From Thermodesulfobacteriota bacterium (GTDB lineage Bacteria > Desulfobacterota > BSN033 > UBA1163), in contig JASEHH010000008.1 in assembly GCA_030017685.1 (NCBI GenBank), forward strand, positions 685 to 64,684: a DNA stretch of 64,000 nt, read 5' to 3'. Shown here piece by piece: positions 27,886 to 37,392 of the stretch (positions within the stretch are counted from its first letter, which is position 1; the number at the start of each line of letters is the position of its first letter). Under the pieces are notes generated by a model that ran no database searches, was not told where the DNA came from, and saw nothing but the letters and a program-made list of their open reading frames with translations. The translations under genes and the position numbers were made by a program.

Positions 27886-29736
27886 TTATCTTATGTCTAT
27901 GGCATTCAATTTACAGACATCCCTGCAGGCCCCACACCTGATGCATTTGGCCTGGTCAATCAGATGGACTTTCTTCTTCTCTCCCGTGATCGCCTCGACG
28001 GAGCAGGTTCGCACACAGAGCTGGCATCCCGTGCAATTTTCGTTAATGGAGTAGGTGATAAGACTTTTACAGACCCCTGCCGGACAGCGATGGTGTTCAA
28101 TATGGTTCAAATACTCCCGGCGAAAATAGAGAAGCGTTGAGAGAACAGGATTGGGTGCGGTCTGTCCCAGTGCGCACAGGGTTGTGTCCTTCACCGTAGC
28201 GGCGAGTTCTTCAAGAAGGTCCAGCGCTTCCCGAGCGGCCCTGCCCGCGGTGATGTCGTCCAGAATCTCATACATCCGCTGTGTCCCTTTGCGGCAGGTG
28301 AAACATTTTCCGCAGGACTCCTCTTTGAGAAAGTTCATAAAATATTTGGCGACATCCACCATGCAGGTGCGCTCATCCATGACGATCATCCCGCCGGAAC
28401 CCATGATGGACCCAGCCACCTTCAAACTCTCATAGTCAATGGTCAGGTCAAATCGTGAGGCAGGGATGCAGCCACCGGATGGGCCGCCTGTCTGAACCGC
28501 TTTGATTTCAGTCTTTCCGGAAGAGCCTCCTCCTATTCCGTAGACGACTTCTCCGAGAGTGATCCCCATCGGGACCTCGATCAACCCCGTATTCTTTACC
28601 TTACCCACGAGGCTGAAGATCTTTGTGCCGTAATTTCGTTCCTTCCCAATTTTTTTAAAACTCTGAGCGCCGGTGTTCATGATGATCGGAACATTGGCCC
28701 AGGTCTCGACATTGTTAATGAGGGTGGGTTTGCCATAAAGCCCTTTCTGCACAGGGAAAGGAGGCCTCTGAACAGGCTCTCCCATCATTCCCTCAATGGA
28801 CTTGATCAATGCCGTCTCCTCACCGCATACGAAAGCGCCTGCTCCCCTGACGAGTCTGAGGTCGAATGAAAACCCTGTTCCGAGAATGTCCGAACCCAGC
28901 AAGCCGAGTTGATAAGCCTGACGGAGGGCGATGACGAGGTGTTTGATGGCAAGAGGATATTCGTTGCGGACATAGAGGATGCCCTCGTTTGCTCCGGTTC
29001 CATAGGCCCCGATGATCATTCCCTCGATGATGCTGTGAGGATTTCCTTCGAGAACGCTACGGTCCATGAAGGCGCCCGGATCGCCCTCGTCGCCGTTGCA
29101 GACCAGGAATTTACCATGGCCATTGGGTTGTCCGGCGAGTATCTCCCACTTCAGCCCTGTGGGAAACCCTGCCCCGCCACGACCTCGAAGTCCGGAAGCC
29201 TTGATCTCCTCAATGACCCATCCGGGATTGCCTTTGGAAAGGACTCTGACCATTGCCTGGTATCCGCCATGCTCGATGTAGTTATAAATGCGGATCGGGT
29301 CCACTTTTTCGTTGAAGCCAAGCAGAGTCCTGACCTGATTCTTGAAAAAAGGGATTTCATCCTGTGTCTCAATTCTCTTTTCGGTGGTCGGATCCGCAAA
29401 GAGGAGATCCTCGAGGATTGCATCTGCGGCCACAGCATCAACGATTCGATCCATGTCCCTGGGGGTCACCTTTGGGTAGAAGGTTCTCCTGGGCTCCACG
29501 AGGACTGATGGCTCCATCTCGCAGAACCCGTGGCAGCCGGTAATGCGAAGATGAATTTTCTTTGTGAGTTTTTTGCTCAGAAGTTCGCGCTTGGCAATTC
29601 GAATGAGGTCGTTAGCGCCGCTTGCCTGACCGCAGGTTCCTGCAGAGATGATGAGCGTTGGAATGCCTGGGTCTCTATCAGCAACCAGCCGGGCTTGAAG
29701 TGTTAGAAAGTTGTCAATCGTTTTTAGAGTTTCCAT
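27886..29736 (-). CDS. NuoF/HydB-like NADH/FMN-binding diaphorase subunit
   Basis: GLRGRGGAGFPTG, CNGDEGDPGAFMDR, GAGAFVCGEETAL, ESCGKCFTCR, N-terminal thioredoxin-like 2Fe-2S domain and C-terminal 2x[4Fe-4S]. Confidence 0.92.
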   Translation of the reverse strand: METLKTIDNFLTLQARLVADRDPGIPTLIISAGTCGQASGANDLIRIAKRELLSKKLTKKIHLRITGCHGFCEMEPSVLVEPRRTFYPKVTPRDMDRIVDAVAADAILEDLLFADPTTEKRIETQDEIPFFKNQVRTLLGFNEKVDPIRIYNYIEHGGYQAMVRVLSKGNPGWVIEEIKASGLRGRGGAGFPTGLKWEILAGQPNGHGKFLVCNGDEGDPGAFMDRSVLEGNPHSIIEGMIIGAYGTGANEGILYVRNEYPLAIKHLVIALRQAYQLGLLGSDILGTGFSFDLRLVRGAGAFVCGEETALIKSIEGMMGEPVQRPPFPVQKGLYGKPTLINNVETWANVPIIMNTGAQSFKKIGKERNYGTKIFSLVGKVKNTGLIEVPMGITLGEVVYGIGGGSSGKTEIKAVQTGGPSGGCIPASRFDLTIDYESLKVAGSIMGSGGMIVMDERTCMVDVAKYFMNFLKEESCGKCFTCRKGTQRMYEILDDITAGRAAREALDLLEELAATVKDTTLCALGQTAPNPVLSTLLYFRREYLNHIEHHRCPAGVCKSLITYSINENCTGCQLCVRTCSVEAITGEKKKVHLIDQAKCIRCGACRDVCKLNAIDIR

Positions 29737-29752
29737 ATCTTAGTTCTTTCGG

Positions 29753-30607
29753 TCAAAGGTTTACGCCTGTCAAATCCAACATATGACCTTTGCATCCCCG
29801 ACGGGAGCAAATCTGAATCATTCCCCCTTCTCCACGAACCAACATCGGGACCATGGGGGCGCCGCAGGTCATACACTCCGAGGCGCCGATCAGCTCCGCA
29901 TGGCAGTGGGGACAAAAGAAGTTGACCACCGTGTCCCTTGGCGCCTCATACTCCTGGTCAACAGAGAAGCTGCCATAAAGGCAGGAGAGCCTGACCCAGC
30001 CGTGTTTCTGTCCGAAGGACACAGTCACCCGAATCGAAGGATAACCATCAATATAATGGTGGCGATCCATAAGACTGTGATTGCAGCGGGGACAGGCGAC
30101 TTCTACCGGAAAGATTCGCTCGTCTGTTTGAATATCCACTCTGTCAAGGCCAGCCTTGGCCTTATGAATAATCTCTTTTACCCTGGGGGAAGTGACATTC
30201 GAAAAATAGCGCCCATCCACTGTGACAATGGGGCCAAGGGCACAGGCGCCGAGACAGTTCACCGTCTCCAGGGTGATCTCCCTATCCTTGGTGGTCTCTC
30301 CTGTTTTGATCTCTAATTGACGCTCAAACTCCTCAGCAATATGGGGCCCGCCCCTGACATGGCAGGCTGTGCCCAGGCAGACGGAGATGAGGTGTTTCCC
30401 CCTTGGCTTCAGACTGAAGGCTTTATAGAAAGTGGCAACGCCATAAATATCCACAAGGGAACGCCCTGTCTTCTCAGCCACGATCTTTAAGGCTTCTTCC
30501 GGGAGGTAACTGTATTGAGCCTGGATGTCCTCCAGAATAGAGATGATCCCGGCCTTCTTTCCTCCCTCATGATGATCAATGATTTCCCTGATATGCTCCG
30601 GATGCAT
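29753..30607 (-). CDS. NuoE/HydC-like [2Fe-2S] subunit with C-terminal Cys-rich extension
   Basis: VATFY, VCLGTACHVRG, NCLGAC; extension CPRC..CPHC..CMTC..CSRRGC. Confidence 0.88.
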   Translation of the reverse strand: MHPEHIREIIDHHEGGKKAGIISILEDIQAQYSYLPEEALKIVAEKTGRSLVDIYGVATFYKAFSLKPRGKHLISVCLGTACHVRGGPHIAEEFERQLEIKTGETTKDREITLETVNCLGACALGPIVTVDGRYFSNVTSPRVKEIIHKAKAGLDRVDIQTDERIFPVEVACPRCNHSLMDRHHYIDGYPSIRVTVSFGQKHGWVRLSCLYGSFSVDQEYEAPRDTVVNFFCPHCHAELIGASECMTCGAPMVPMLVRGEGGMIQICSRRGCKGHMLDLTGVNL

Positions 30608-30655
30608 TCCTTTTCCCCCGACTAAAGACTCCCTGACAATGGCCGACAGGTCTTT

Positions 30656-31126
30656 TTAACAATACTCCTCACAATGCCACACTCCTCCCTCTGGTTTCGG
30701 ATAGGTACAGGTATTGAGGCCATCGCAGTAAGCGCATAAGCCTCTTAAAATGGACAGACTTTGAGCGTCGGGAATTGGTCCTGAGAAGCGATTCACAGAG
30801 GGTTTTTCCACACACTTCATCATCTGGTTCAGAGGGGGAGAGATTCCATCAAACTCATCGCACTGGAGGACCGGCCTTCCGGAGTCTCTTGGATAGGTGC
30901 AGGCCGGAGCGCAACTGCAACATGAGCAGAGCCCTAAATAGTTCTTTACCCCGTTAGAAATAATGGACCGCTGCTCTGCAGCGGGGTTAGATTTTAGAAT
31001 AATTCCGGTGGAGTTTAAAGCCCCGCTCGGTTTCGAGTCGCAACGACTGGAATTTCTAACGGGGTTTACTTCTGTGAGGATTTTTCCCTTGACTACTTTC
31101 AGTTCCGAGTTGGTTTTCCTCTTCAT
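30656..31126 (-). CDS. Small Cys-rich protein (two GLCxxC..CTYP repeats) carrying an in-frame 40-aa MITE insertion
   Basis: GLCSCCSCAPACTYP..QCDEF and GLCAYCDGLNTCTYP..HCEEY; RBS AGGAGG upstream. Confidence 0.7.
   Translation of the reverse strand: MKRKTNSELKVVKGKILTEVNPVRNSSRCDSKPSGALNSTGIILKSNPAAEQRSIISNGVKNYLGLCSCCSCAPACTYPRDSGRPVLQCDEFDGISPPLNQMMKCVEKPSVNRFSGPIPDAQSLSILRGLCAYCDGLNTCTYPKPEGGVWHCEEYC
30945..31069. mobile_element. 120-bp MITE inserted in-frame
   Basis: Perfect 14-bp inverted repeat ACCCCGTTAGAAAT (30948-30961) / ATTTCTAACGGGGT (31052-31065); TTTAC at 30945 and 31065, 120 bp apart. Confidence 0.85.
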
Positions 31127-31167
31127 CCTGCACCCTCCTTTGCGTCAATAGGTAACGACTTGGATAG

Positions 31168-31183
31168 TGCAAACTCTTTGCCA
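31168..31183 (-). promoter_or_regulatory. Sigma-54 (-24/-12) promoter
   Basis: Minus strand TGGCAAAGAGTTTGCA, GG-N10-GC spacing; about 40 bp upstream of the operon and next to an NtrC-type gene. Confidence 0.75.
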
Positions 31184-31347
31184 GCGGAGGCGGCAAAGGG
31201 TGAATGGAGATGGCTTATTAGAGGGAGAGTCAAAAGTGGAGTTAAAACAATAAATTAACTGTGGAAAGAGAGTTTACTTCTGACAGGACTGCATGAAAGA
31301 GGTCTCAGAAAAAGAGGATATGGATGGGGAATTTTGAACCGCTGGGG

Positions 31348-32724
31348 TTAAATGCCTCGGTTTTTCGATTGGGTTGGGTCGCTTTTTTCGATTTTATTTA
31401 ATTTTTCTCGCAATGTCTTGCGGTCAATTCCGAGGATCTTGGCTGCCTGGGTCTTGTTGCCGGTGACACAGGTCAACACATTTTGAATATAATCAAATTC
31501 CACCTCGGCAAGGGTTCGGTTGAAACCATTCTCCCTCAGTGCAGAGAAGCGCATCAGGGAGGGCAGGTCAGGAACCTCGATGAGATCTCCATCTGTCATG
31601 ACCACGAGACGCTGAATGACATTTTCCAGTTCTCTCACGTTGCCTGGCCAATGATAGTTTTTTAGCATTTGTAGTGCATTATCGGAAAACCGAAGTGTCG
31701 GTTTTCCCAATTCTTCGGCAAACTTATTTGTGAAAAAGTGGGTTAAGAGCAAAATATCATCCCCTCTTTCCCGCAACGGGGGTATTTCTGTTGTGATCAC
31801 ATTGATTCGGAAAAAGAGGTCTTCCCGAAATACTCCCTTCTTGATCAAACCGGACAAGTCTTTGTTGGTCGATGCCAGAATCCTCACATCTACCCTTCGA
31901 GAACGGCTTGATCCAACCATACAGACTTCCTTATCCTGGAGCACTCGTAGAAGTTTTACCTGCATTGAGAGACTGGTCTCGCTGATTTCGTCAAGAAAGA
32001 TAGTTCCACCATCTGCTGTCTGGAAGAAGCCTGCCCTGGTTTCAGTGGCGCCGGTAAAGGCCCCTTTGATGTGGCCGAAAAGTTCACTCTCCAAGAGCTC
32101 GTTCGGGATGGCGCCGCAATTGACTGGAATAAAAGGAGCTGAGGCCCTCGGGCTATTGTAATGGATTGCCCTTGCTACCAGCTCCTTACCCGTGCCGCTT
32201 TCTCCAGCGATCAGAACCGTGGCAGAGGTGAACGCAACCTTTGCAATCGAATCCCTGACCCTTGCCATGGCCTCTGACTCGCCGATAAGTCCATAAGGGG
32301 CTGAAGCCCTTCCCATCAGGGGAGCCTTCGTGATCATCCGGAGGTGGAGTTTGTCGAGGGTTCGGCTGACGGCAGAAAGGAGCTCCTCATCTGTAAAGGG
32401 TTTGACAAGGTACTCTTCAGCTCCCTTCTTCACTGCCTCCACCGCCCCCTCCACGGTGGGATAGCCCGTGATCATCATCACCTCGGTCTCTTTAAAGTTT
32501 TCTCGGACATGCCTGATTAAATCAAGACCGCTGACCCCCGGCATTTTGAAGTCCGTGATGACCAAATCAATGGGTGTCACATCAAGTATTTTGATGGCTT
32601 CAGCCGCCTGAGAGGCAATGAAGGTTTGGTATCCCTGGGATGTCAGGTTTCTCTGAAGCACCTCCAATGTATTTGGGGTGTCATCAACAATTAGAATCCG
32701 TTCTTTCCTGACTGAATCTGCCAT
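31348..32724 (-). CDS. Sigma-54-dependent NtrC-family response regulator
   Basis: REC domain (ILIVDD..D..MPG), GESGTGKE, GAFTGA, WPGNVRELEN, Fis-type HTH. Confidence 0.95.
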   Translation of the reverse strand: MADSVRKERILIVDDTPNTLEVLQRNLTSQGYQTFIASQAAEAIKILDVTPIDLVITDFKMPGVSGLDLIRHVRENFKETEVMMITGYPTVEGAVEAVKKGAEEYLVKPFTDEELLSAVSRTLDKLHLRMITKAPLMGRASAPYGLIGESEAMARVRDSIAKVAFTSATVLIAGESGTGKELVARAIHYNSPRASAPFIPVNCGAIPNELLESELFGHIKGAFTGATETRAGFFQTADGGTIFLDEISETSLSMQVKLLRVLQDKEVCMVGSSRSRRVDVRILASTNKDLSGLIKKGVFREDLFFRINVITTEIPPLRERGDDILLLTHFFTNKFAEELGKPTLRFSDNALQMLKNYHWPGNVRELENVIQRLVVMTDGDLIEVPDLPSLMRFSALRENGFNRTLAEVEFDYIQNVLTCVTGNKTQAAKILGIDRKTLREKLNKIEKSDPTQSKNRGI

Positions 32725-34479
32725 TTATTGACCCACTTCAACCTCTTGCGAACCCGTAACGGGTAATTGAATCTCGAATCTTGAACCTTGATTGAGTTTG
32801 CTCTCAATTTTAATGGAACCTCCGTGCGATGTCACAATTCCATGAACAACGGGTAGTCCCAACCCGGTTCCCTGGCCAACGTCTTTCGTCGTAAAAAATG
32901 GAGTGAATATCTGCTTCATGACCTCTTCGTCCATGCCGATGCCTGTATCTTCTACAATAAGCGAGATGTGTTCTTTACCGGCAAGAGTCCGTATGGTCAA
33001 TCTGCCGCCTGTTTTCATTGCCTGGAAAGCATTGATGATCAGATTGACAATCACTTGATTCAACTGTGCCGGATCGGCCGGGATCTCCGGCAAGTCGGGA
33101 GAAAGTGAACGGAGAAGTTCAATGCCCTCATTGGCGCACTGGGATTCAAAAAAATTGAGCCCCTCTTCGACCAACTGATTCACATTTACGTTTGTCTTTC
33201 TTGGAGGCAATTTTCGAGCAAATATCAGAAGCTTCTTGACGACTTCCCGTGCATTCAAAGAAGCCGTCAAGATCTTTTCGATGTCCCACTCCGCCTGTTT
33301 GGGTAGTCCCGGGCATTTTTTTGCAAGTTGGGCAAATCCCAGGATATTCCCTAAAGGCTCATTCAGTTCATGGGCTACACCTGCGGAAAGTTGTCCGATA
33401 GTGGCCAATCGCTCAGCATGTCGAAGCTGCTCCTGGAGCTCCAATTTTTCCTGCTCAGCCTGTCTCCGCACGACAATAATTGCCACCTCTTTTGCAACCG
33501 TATCCAGAAGATTTCGCTCCTCTTTCAGAAAAGGGCCTTCATCGAGTTCCGGTCTCTCCTTTACATAGAAGATCTCGGCCTGTCCCCGTGTTTCTTCATT
33601 GACAACGATATCTGCAGTCTGTTTCCATCTTCCCTCTTGGAAGTGAGGGGTTGAATACGAATGACCGTCCATGACGATCCGGGCATAGGCGACCTCAGGG
33701 TATAGCCAGGCAGAAGGGAGAAGTTCTACAATACCACGCAAAATTCCTTCCAGCGTTATTCCGGGCTGGGAAACCAGGCGAGCGATACCGTAAAGGCACG
33801 TCAGTTCCTTGACGCGTTCACGTAAATCTATCTGGGCATCCCGGTGTGCTGCGGCAATTTCAAGACTTCGGGCGAGGCCTTCATAGAGTTCTATTTTATC
33901 CTTTTTAAAGTAGTTCCTGGAATTGCTTTTCAACTGCAACAGTCCAATACTTTGTTGATTGACTAAGAGGGGTATCAGGAAAAGGGATGGGTGATGACCG
34001 CTAATTTTGAACTCTCGATCATGCAATTTTCTGAAAGGTTTCAAACGAAGTGAAAATGGTTTTTTCGAATTGGCTGTCAAGAAACTTCCATTTTCTGTTA
34101 ACATAGAAGAAGGTTCAACCTGACCTCGGACGATGTTGTTGCAAAGACAGATTAGGTCTGGGTCATCATCCGGCCCCGGGAGGATCTCCCCGTTCTCATT
34201 TTGTGCGGATGATCTGATTCCAAAAAGGAAGGGTTTTTTGGGATGGCGCTTCACCACGCTACGGAAGTATTTACCATGGTCCTTCAGCCACAGCTCAACC
34301 TCATCGGCCCCTGAAAAGTCGAGTATCATTTGAGAGACTTCCCGTTGGAAATGAGGCCTCAAGGCGCCCCGGTTGGCAAATTGGAGAATCTGGTTGGACA
34401 GCGCCTGGAATTCTTCAATCAACTTACGATAAGATAAATTCTTTTTGATTCGATTCGGACTGTTTTCCCTTGCCGACAT
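32725..34479 (-). CDS. Cytoplasmic GAF-like sensor histidine kinase
   Basis: AGVAHELNEPL H-box, NLIINA, DTGIG, FTPFFTTK, GTGLGL; no TM helix seen. Confidence 0.9.
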   Translation of the reverse strand: MSARENSPNRIKKNLSYRKLIEEFQALSNQILQFANRGALRPHFQREVSQMILDFSGADEVELWLKDHGKYFRSVVKRHPKKPFLFGIRSSAQNENGEILPGPDDDPDLICLCNNIVRGQVEPSSMLTENGSFLTANSKKPFSLRLKPFRKLHDREFKISGHHPSLFLIPLLVNQQSIGLLQLKSNSRNYFKKDKIELYEGLARSLEIAAAHRDAQIDLRERVKELTCLYGIARLVSQPGITLEGILRGIVELLPSAWLYPEVAYARIVMDGHSYSTPHFQEGRWKQTADIVVNEETRGQAEIFYVKERPELDEGPFLKEERNLLDTVAKEVAIIVVRRQAEQEKLELQEQLRHAERLATIGQLSAGVAHELNEPLGNILGFAQLAKKCPGLPKQAEWDIEKILTASLNAREVVKKLLIFARKLPPRKTNVNVNQLVEEGLNFFESQCANEGIELLRSLSPDLPEIPADPAQLNQVIVNLIINAFQAMKTGGRLTIRTLAGKEHISLIVEDTGIGMDEEVMKQIFTPFFTTKDVGQGTGLGLPVVHGIVTSHGGSIKIESKLNQGSRFEIQLPVTGSQEVEVGQ

Positions 34480-34547
34480 GCTGCACCTTCATGCAGATCC
34501 ATTTTATGCGTTCCAATGAATTATTGCAAGAGACCCCGCCAGGGGCA

Positions 34548-34589
34548 AAAGAGTTAAAAGTCGAGATCGTCGAAGCCCCCGGACTTTAA
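34548..34589 (+). repeat. Direct repeat, right copy (orphan 3' end of the zinc-ribbon gene)
   Basis: Translates KELKVEIVEAPGL* versus KEFKVEIVEAPSL* at 25503-25544. Confidence 0.85.
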
Positions 34590-34654
34590 TAAAAATTCGG
34601 AGTTCGGAGTCCACAGTTCGGAGTTTTTTTTATTTACTCCAAACTCCGAACTCA

Positions 34655-35719
34655 TTACTCCGAACTTCTTATTCCCTGGGCATAGATTTCAATGAGGGTG
34701 AGAGAAAGGGTCATGATCAGGGGACCAGCGACCAGCCCGATCATCCCGAAGGCCTGAATTCCTCCAAGAACAGAGAAAAAAAGAAGAAGGGGATGGATCT
34801 TCGTTCGGGTGCTAACCAAGAGGGGACGGAGAAGATTGTCGATCATACCGATGAGTAAAATTCCCAAACCCAGAAGAATGATCCCTTTCAGAAAAGCTCC
34901 CTGAATGAATAAGAAGAGGGCTGCCGGACCCCAGATGAGGGCTGTTCCGCCCATCGGGATGAAGGAGAGAAAAGCCATGGCTGTCCCCCAGAAGATCGGA
35001 GAGGCAAGCCCTAAAATCCAGAACGATAACCCGCCTAGGATCCCCTGAATGATTGCAATCAATATTCCTCCATAGATAGTGGCAGAGACCATATCTTTGA
35101 ATCGCTGAATAATCAGTTTACTCTCCCTTGCAGGAAGAGGGACTATCTCTTTAAGCCTGTTCAGGAGGCGATCTCCGTCTTTGAAAAGGTAGTAAAGGGA
35201 GAGAAGGGTGAAAAAGAAGCCGACGACAAAGGTGGAGATGGACTTCAGGAGATTGGAGGTCTGGTTGAAGAGAAAAGCGCTGATCTGTTGAACATTCTTC
35301 AACAGAAAATTGAATGGGTCTGCCTGGGATAGATCAACATAATGTTTGAACCTTTCCAGAACCCCTCTGAGCAGGGGGAGCTCCCCGATCCGGTTCAAAT
35401 AGGATTGCAAACGTCCGGTTTTGATCATCTCGTCCAAGTGATGGTAAAAATCGATCACTTCATTGGCCAGAGAGACCATCAGGAGACCAGCTGGAAGAAC
35501 GATCACCAGGACCACGAAGAGTGTCATCGCAAGAGCGGAAAGAACCCTCTTTTTCTTCAAAAGGCGTTGGAGTTTCAGAAAGAGGGGGTAGAAGACGATG
35601 GCCAGAAGAATCGCCCAGAGGATGGGCGCTAAAAAAGGAGAGAGGACCTGGTAGAGGTAGTAAAACGAGAGAGAGGCAAGAAGAAGAATAAAGATCAGAA
35701 AGATGTGCTCTTTTTTCAT
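34655..35719 (-). CDS. AI-2E family transporter
   Basis: Polytopic membrane protein; SFIPMGGTALIWGP, IDNLLRP, FGMIGLVAGP. Confidence 0.9.
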   Translation of the reverse strand: MKKEHIFLIFILLLASLSFYYLYQVLSPFLAPILWAILLAIVFYPLFLKLQRLLKKKRVLSALAMTLFVVLVIVLPAGLLMVSLANEVIDFYHHLDEMIKTGRLQSYLNRIGELPLLRGVLERFKHYVDLSQADPFNFLLKNVQQISAFLFNQTSNLLKSISTFVVGFFFTLLSLYYLFKDGDRLLNRLKEIVPLPARESKLIIQRFKDMVSATIYGGILIAIIQGILGGLSFWILGLASPIFWGTAMAFLSFIPMGGTALIWGPAALFLFIQGAFLKGIILLGLGILLIGMIDNLLRPLLVSTRTKIHPLLLFFSVLGGIQAFGMIGLVAGPLIMTLSLTLIEIYAQGIRSSE

Positions 35720-35757
35720 TTTTAATTCCGCCTTTTTGCAGATGCGGGGTCAGCCGT

Positions 35758-36369
35758 CTATCGTCTATCGTCTATCGTCCTCAATCTATGTTCTTTATGA
35801 CTTCTTACAAGATAGATCAAGGGAAGACTGACGAGGGTGATGGCCATCTTCACCACATACTGACCTTTGATCAGGGGCCAGACCGGCATGAGACCATAGA
35901 AGGCAAGGGTGATGAAGACCACACTGTCCACCCCGGTCGAGAGCGTATTGCTCACCAGAACCCTCAACCACTTCGGGCCACGGATACGGGATCTCCAGAA
36001 GGCAAAGATCTCCGTATCGATGAGCGAACTGATCAGGTATGCCGTAAGACTTGCAAAGACGATCCTTGGAGTGCTTCCCAGGACACCTGCAAAACCTTCC
36101 TGCCCTTTATAGAAAGGGGCAGAAGGAAGGGCAACGGCAAATTGGGCATAGGCCGCGAGGAGGAGGTTTGCGATGAAAGCGGTCAGGATCACCCTCCGGG
36201 CTCCCTGTTTGCCCATCGATTCGTTGATCAGGTCAATGAGGGTGAAGGTGAGGGCATAGATGAAGATGGCCGCCGGAACGACCAGGCCTCCTATCTGGAC
36301 GGGTTTGGAAGCGGTCACATTGGCGATCAACTCACAGGCGATATAGAGTCCGATCAGGATCGTATCCAT
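35758..36369 (-). CDS. Queuosine precursor transporter (YhhQ/VUT family)
   Basis: ANVTASK, FTLIDLINESMG, RIVFASLTAYLIS, R..VS..STGVDSVVFITLAF. Confidence 0.85.
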   Translation of the reverse strand: MDTILIGLYIACELIANVTASKPVQIGGLVVPAAIFIYALTFTLIDLINESMGKQGARRVILTAFIANLLLAAYAQFAVALPSAPFYKGQEGFAGVLGSTPRIVFASLTAYLISSLIDTEIFAFWRSRIRGPKWLRVLVSNTLSTGVDSVVFITLAFYGLMPVWPLIKGQYVVKMAITLVSLPLIYLVRSHKEHRLRTIDDRR

Positions 36370-36394
36370 TGCTCAGGAGATAAGAGTTTCGTTC

Positions 36395-36539
36395 AACGGT
36401 AACGGTAAGGATGCCCGTATCGTTAATAAAAGGTTATGTTTGTCGTCTCTCGATTCTTTACATGAAACCGTAACCGATAACCGAAACGGGCCCTGAACCT
36501 AACATGGTACAGGGCGGGCTTCGTAACCGTAACCGAAAC
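36395..36539 (-). repeat. Repeat family B copy with nested 28-bp hairpin insert
   Basis: Reverse complement of 41809-41912 plus CCCTGAACCTAACATGGTACAGGG, flanked by duplicated CGGGC. Confidence 0.75.
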
Positions 36540-36604
36540 CTAAGAACTTGAGTAATTTTCATTGTTCAAGGGTGATGAAGCCGTCATGAAAGATTCCGAA
36601 GGAT

Positions 36605-37042
36605 TCAATCCTTTGAACGTATTAGGAGGATGGGGGTCTCCGCCCGTGTTAAGACCTTAAGAGCGATGCTTCCCAGGACCCACCGGGTAATTCCGGATCG
36701 GCCATGGGTGCACATAACGATCAGATCAGCCCCGCTCTCTTTTGCAAAATCGATGATCTCCACAGCCACCTGCTGACCTGTCTTCACCGTGGCCGAGACC
36801 TTGAGGCCCCTCTGTTTCAACTCCTCTCCCAGACCCAGAAGATAACGCTCCGCCGCCTCCTTCTGCTTCTCATCAATGATCAGGGGCGTGACCAGTTCGG
36901 GCGATCCATAGATGGGCATAAAGGGAACGACCTGGAAGAGAATGATTTCAGAACCAAAAGTATGGGCCAGTTTCTCAGCCTGAGGCAGGGCTTTTTTGGC
37001 CAACTCCGAACCGTCGAGAGAAACTAAAATCTTCTTATACAT
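36605..37042 (-). CDS. Universal stress protein (UspA family)
   Basis: MYKKILVSLDGS, ADLIVMCTHGRSG..GSIALKVL; RBS GGAGGAGG. Confidence 0.92.
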   Translation of the reverse strand: MYKKILVSLDGSELAKKALPQAEKLAHTFGSEIILFQVVPFMPIYGSPELVTPLIIDEKQKEAAERYLLGLGEELKQRGLKVSATVKTGQQVAVEIIDFAKESGADLIVMCTHGRSGITRWVLGSIALKVLTRAETPILLIRSKD

Positions 37043-37280
37043 ATCGACCTCCTCCACAAAGATGATTATTGGAATAGTGGAAGGTTGGGTTGAACACTTT
37101 GAGGCTTAGGTTAAGGTCAAGATTTTCTTAACCTCATCCTTAGCCTTAACCTTTTATTTTTCCAATATTCCAACATTCCATTATCCCAGTATTCCAATTT
37201 ATACCAATTTTACTTTCTTAAGGCAACAGAAAAGAGATATAGGTGCAATTCAGACACTGGACTTCAGACGTAAGACATCA

Positions 37281-37392
37281 GACTCCTCTAATAGATGAAA
37301 TTAATTCTATATTTCACTCTTTTGAAATTTTTTCGTGTATACCAAGAGTGCCATTTCCACTGTTACCTGTTAATCTTTTATCTTTATGTCAT
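37281..37392 (-). pseudogene. Possible decayed four-helix-bundle (23S rRNA-IVP-like) gene inside an inverted heptamer array
   Basis: KD*QV..EMALLVYTKKFQKSEI / ELISSIR resembles the family motif KDLxVW..VY..TKxFPKxExYGLxSQIRR; contains stops and frameshifts. Confidence 0.4.

Noticed and set aside
27182-30607. Respiratory complex I or [FeFe]-hydrogenase operon
   Set aside because: No membrane Nuo subunits and no H-cluster or NiFe motifs; only the diaphorase-like modules are present.
36370-36604. Possible preQ1 riboswitch upstream of the queuosine precursor transporter
   Set aside because: No preQ1 consensus recognised; the region is occupied by repeat family B.
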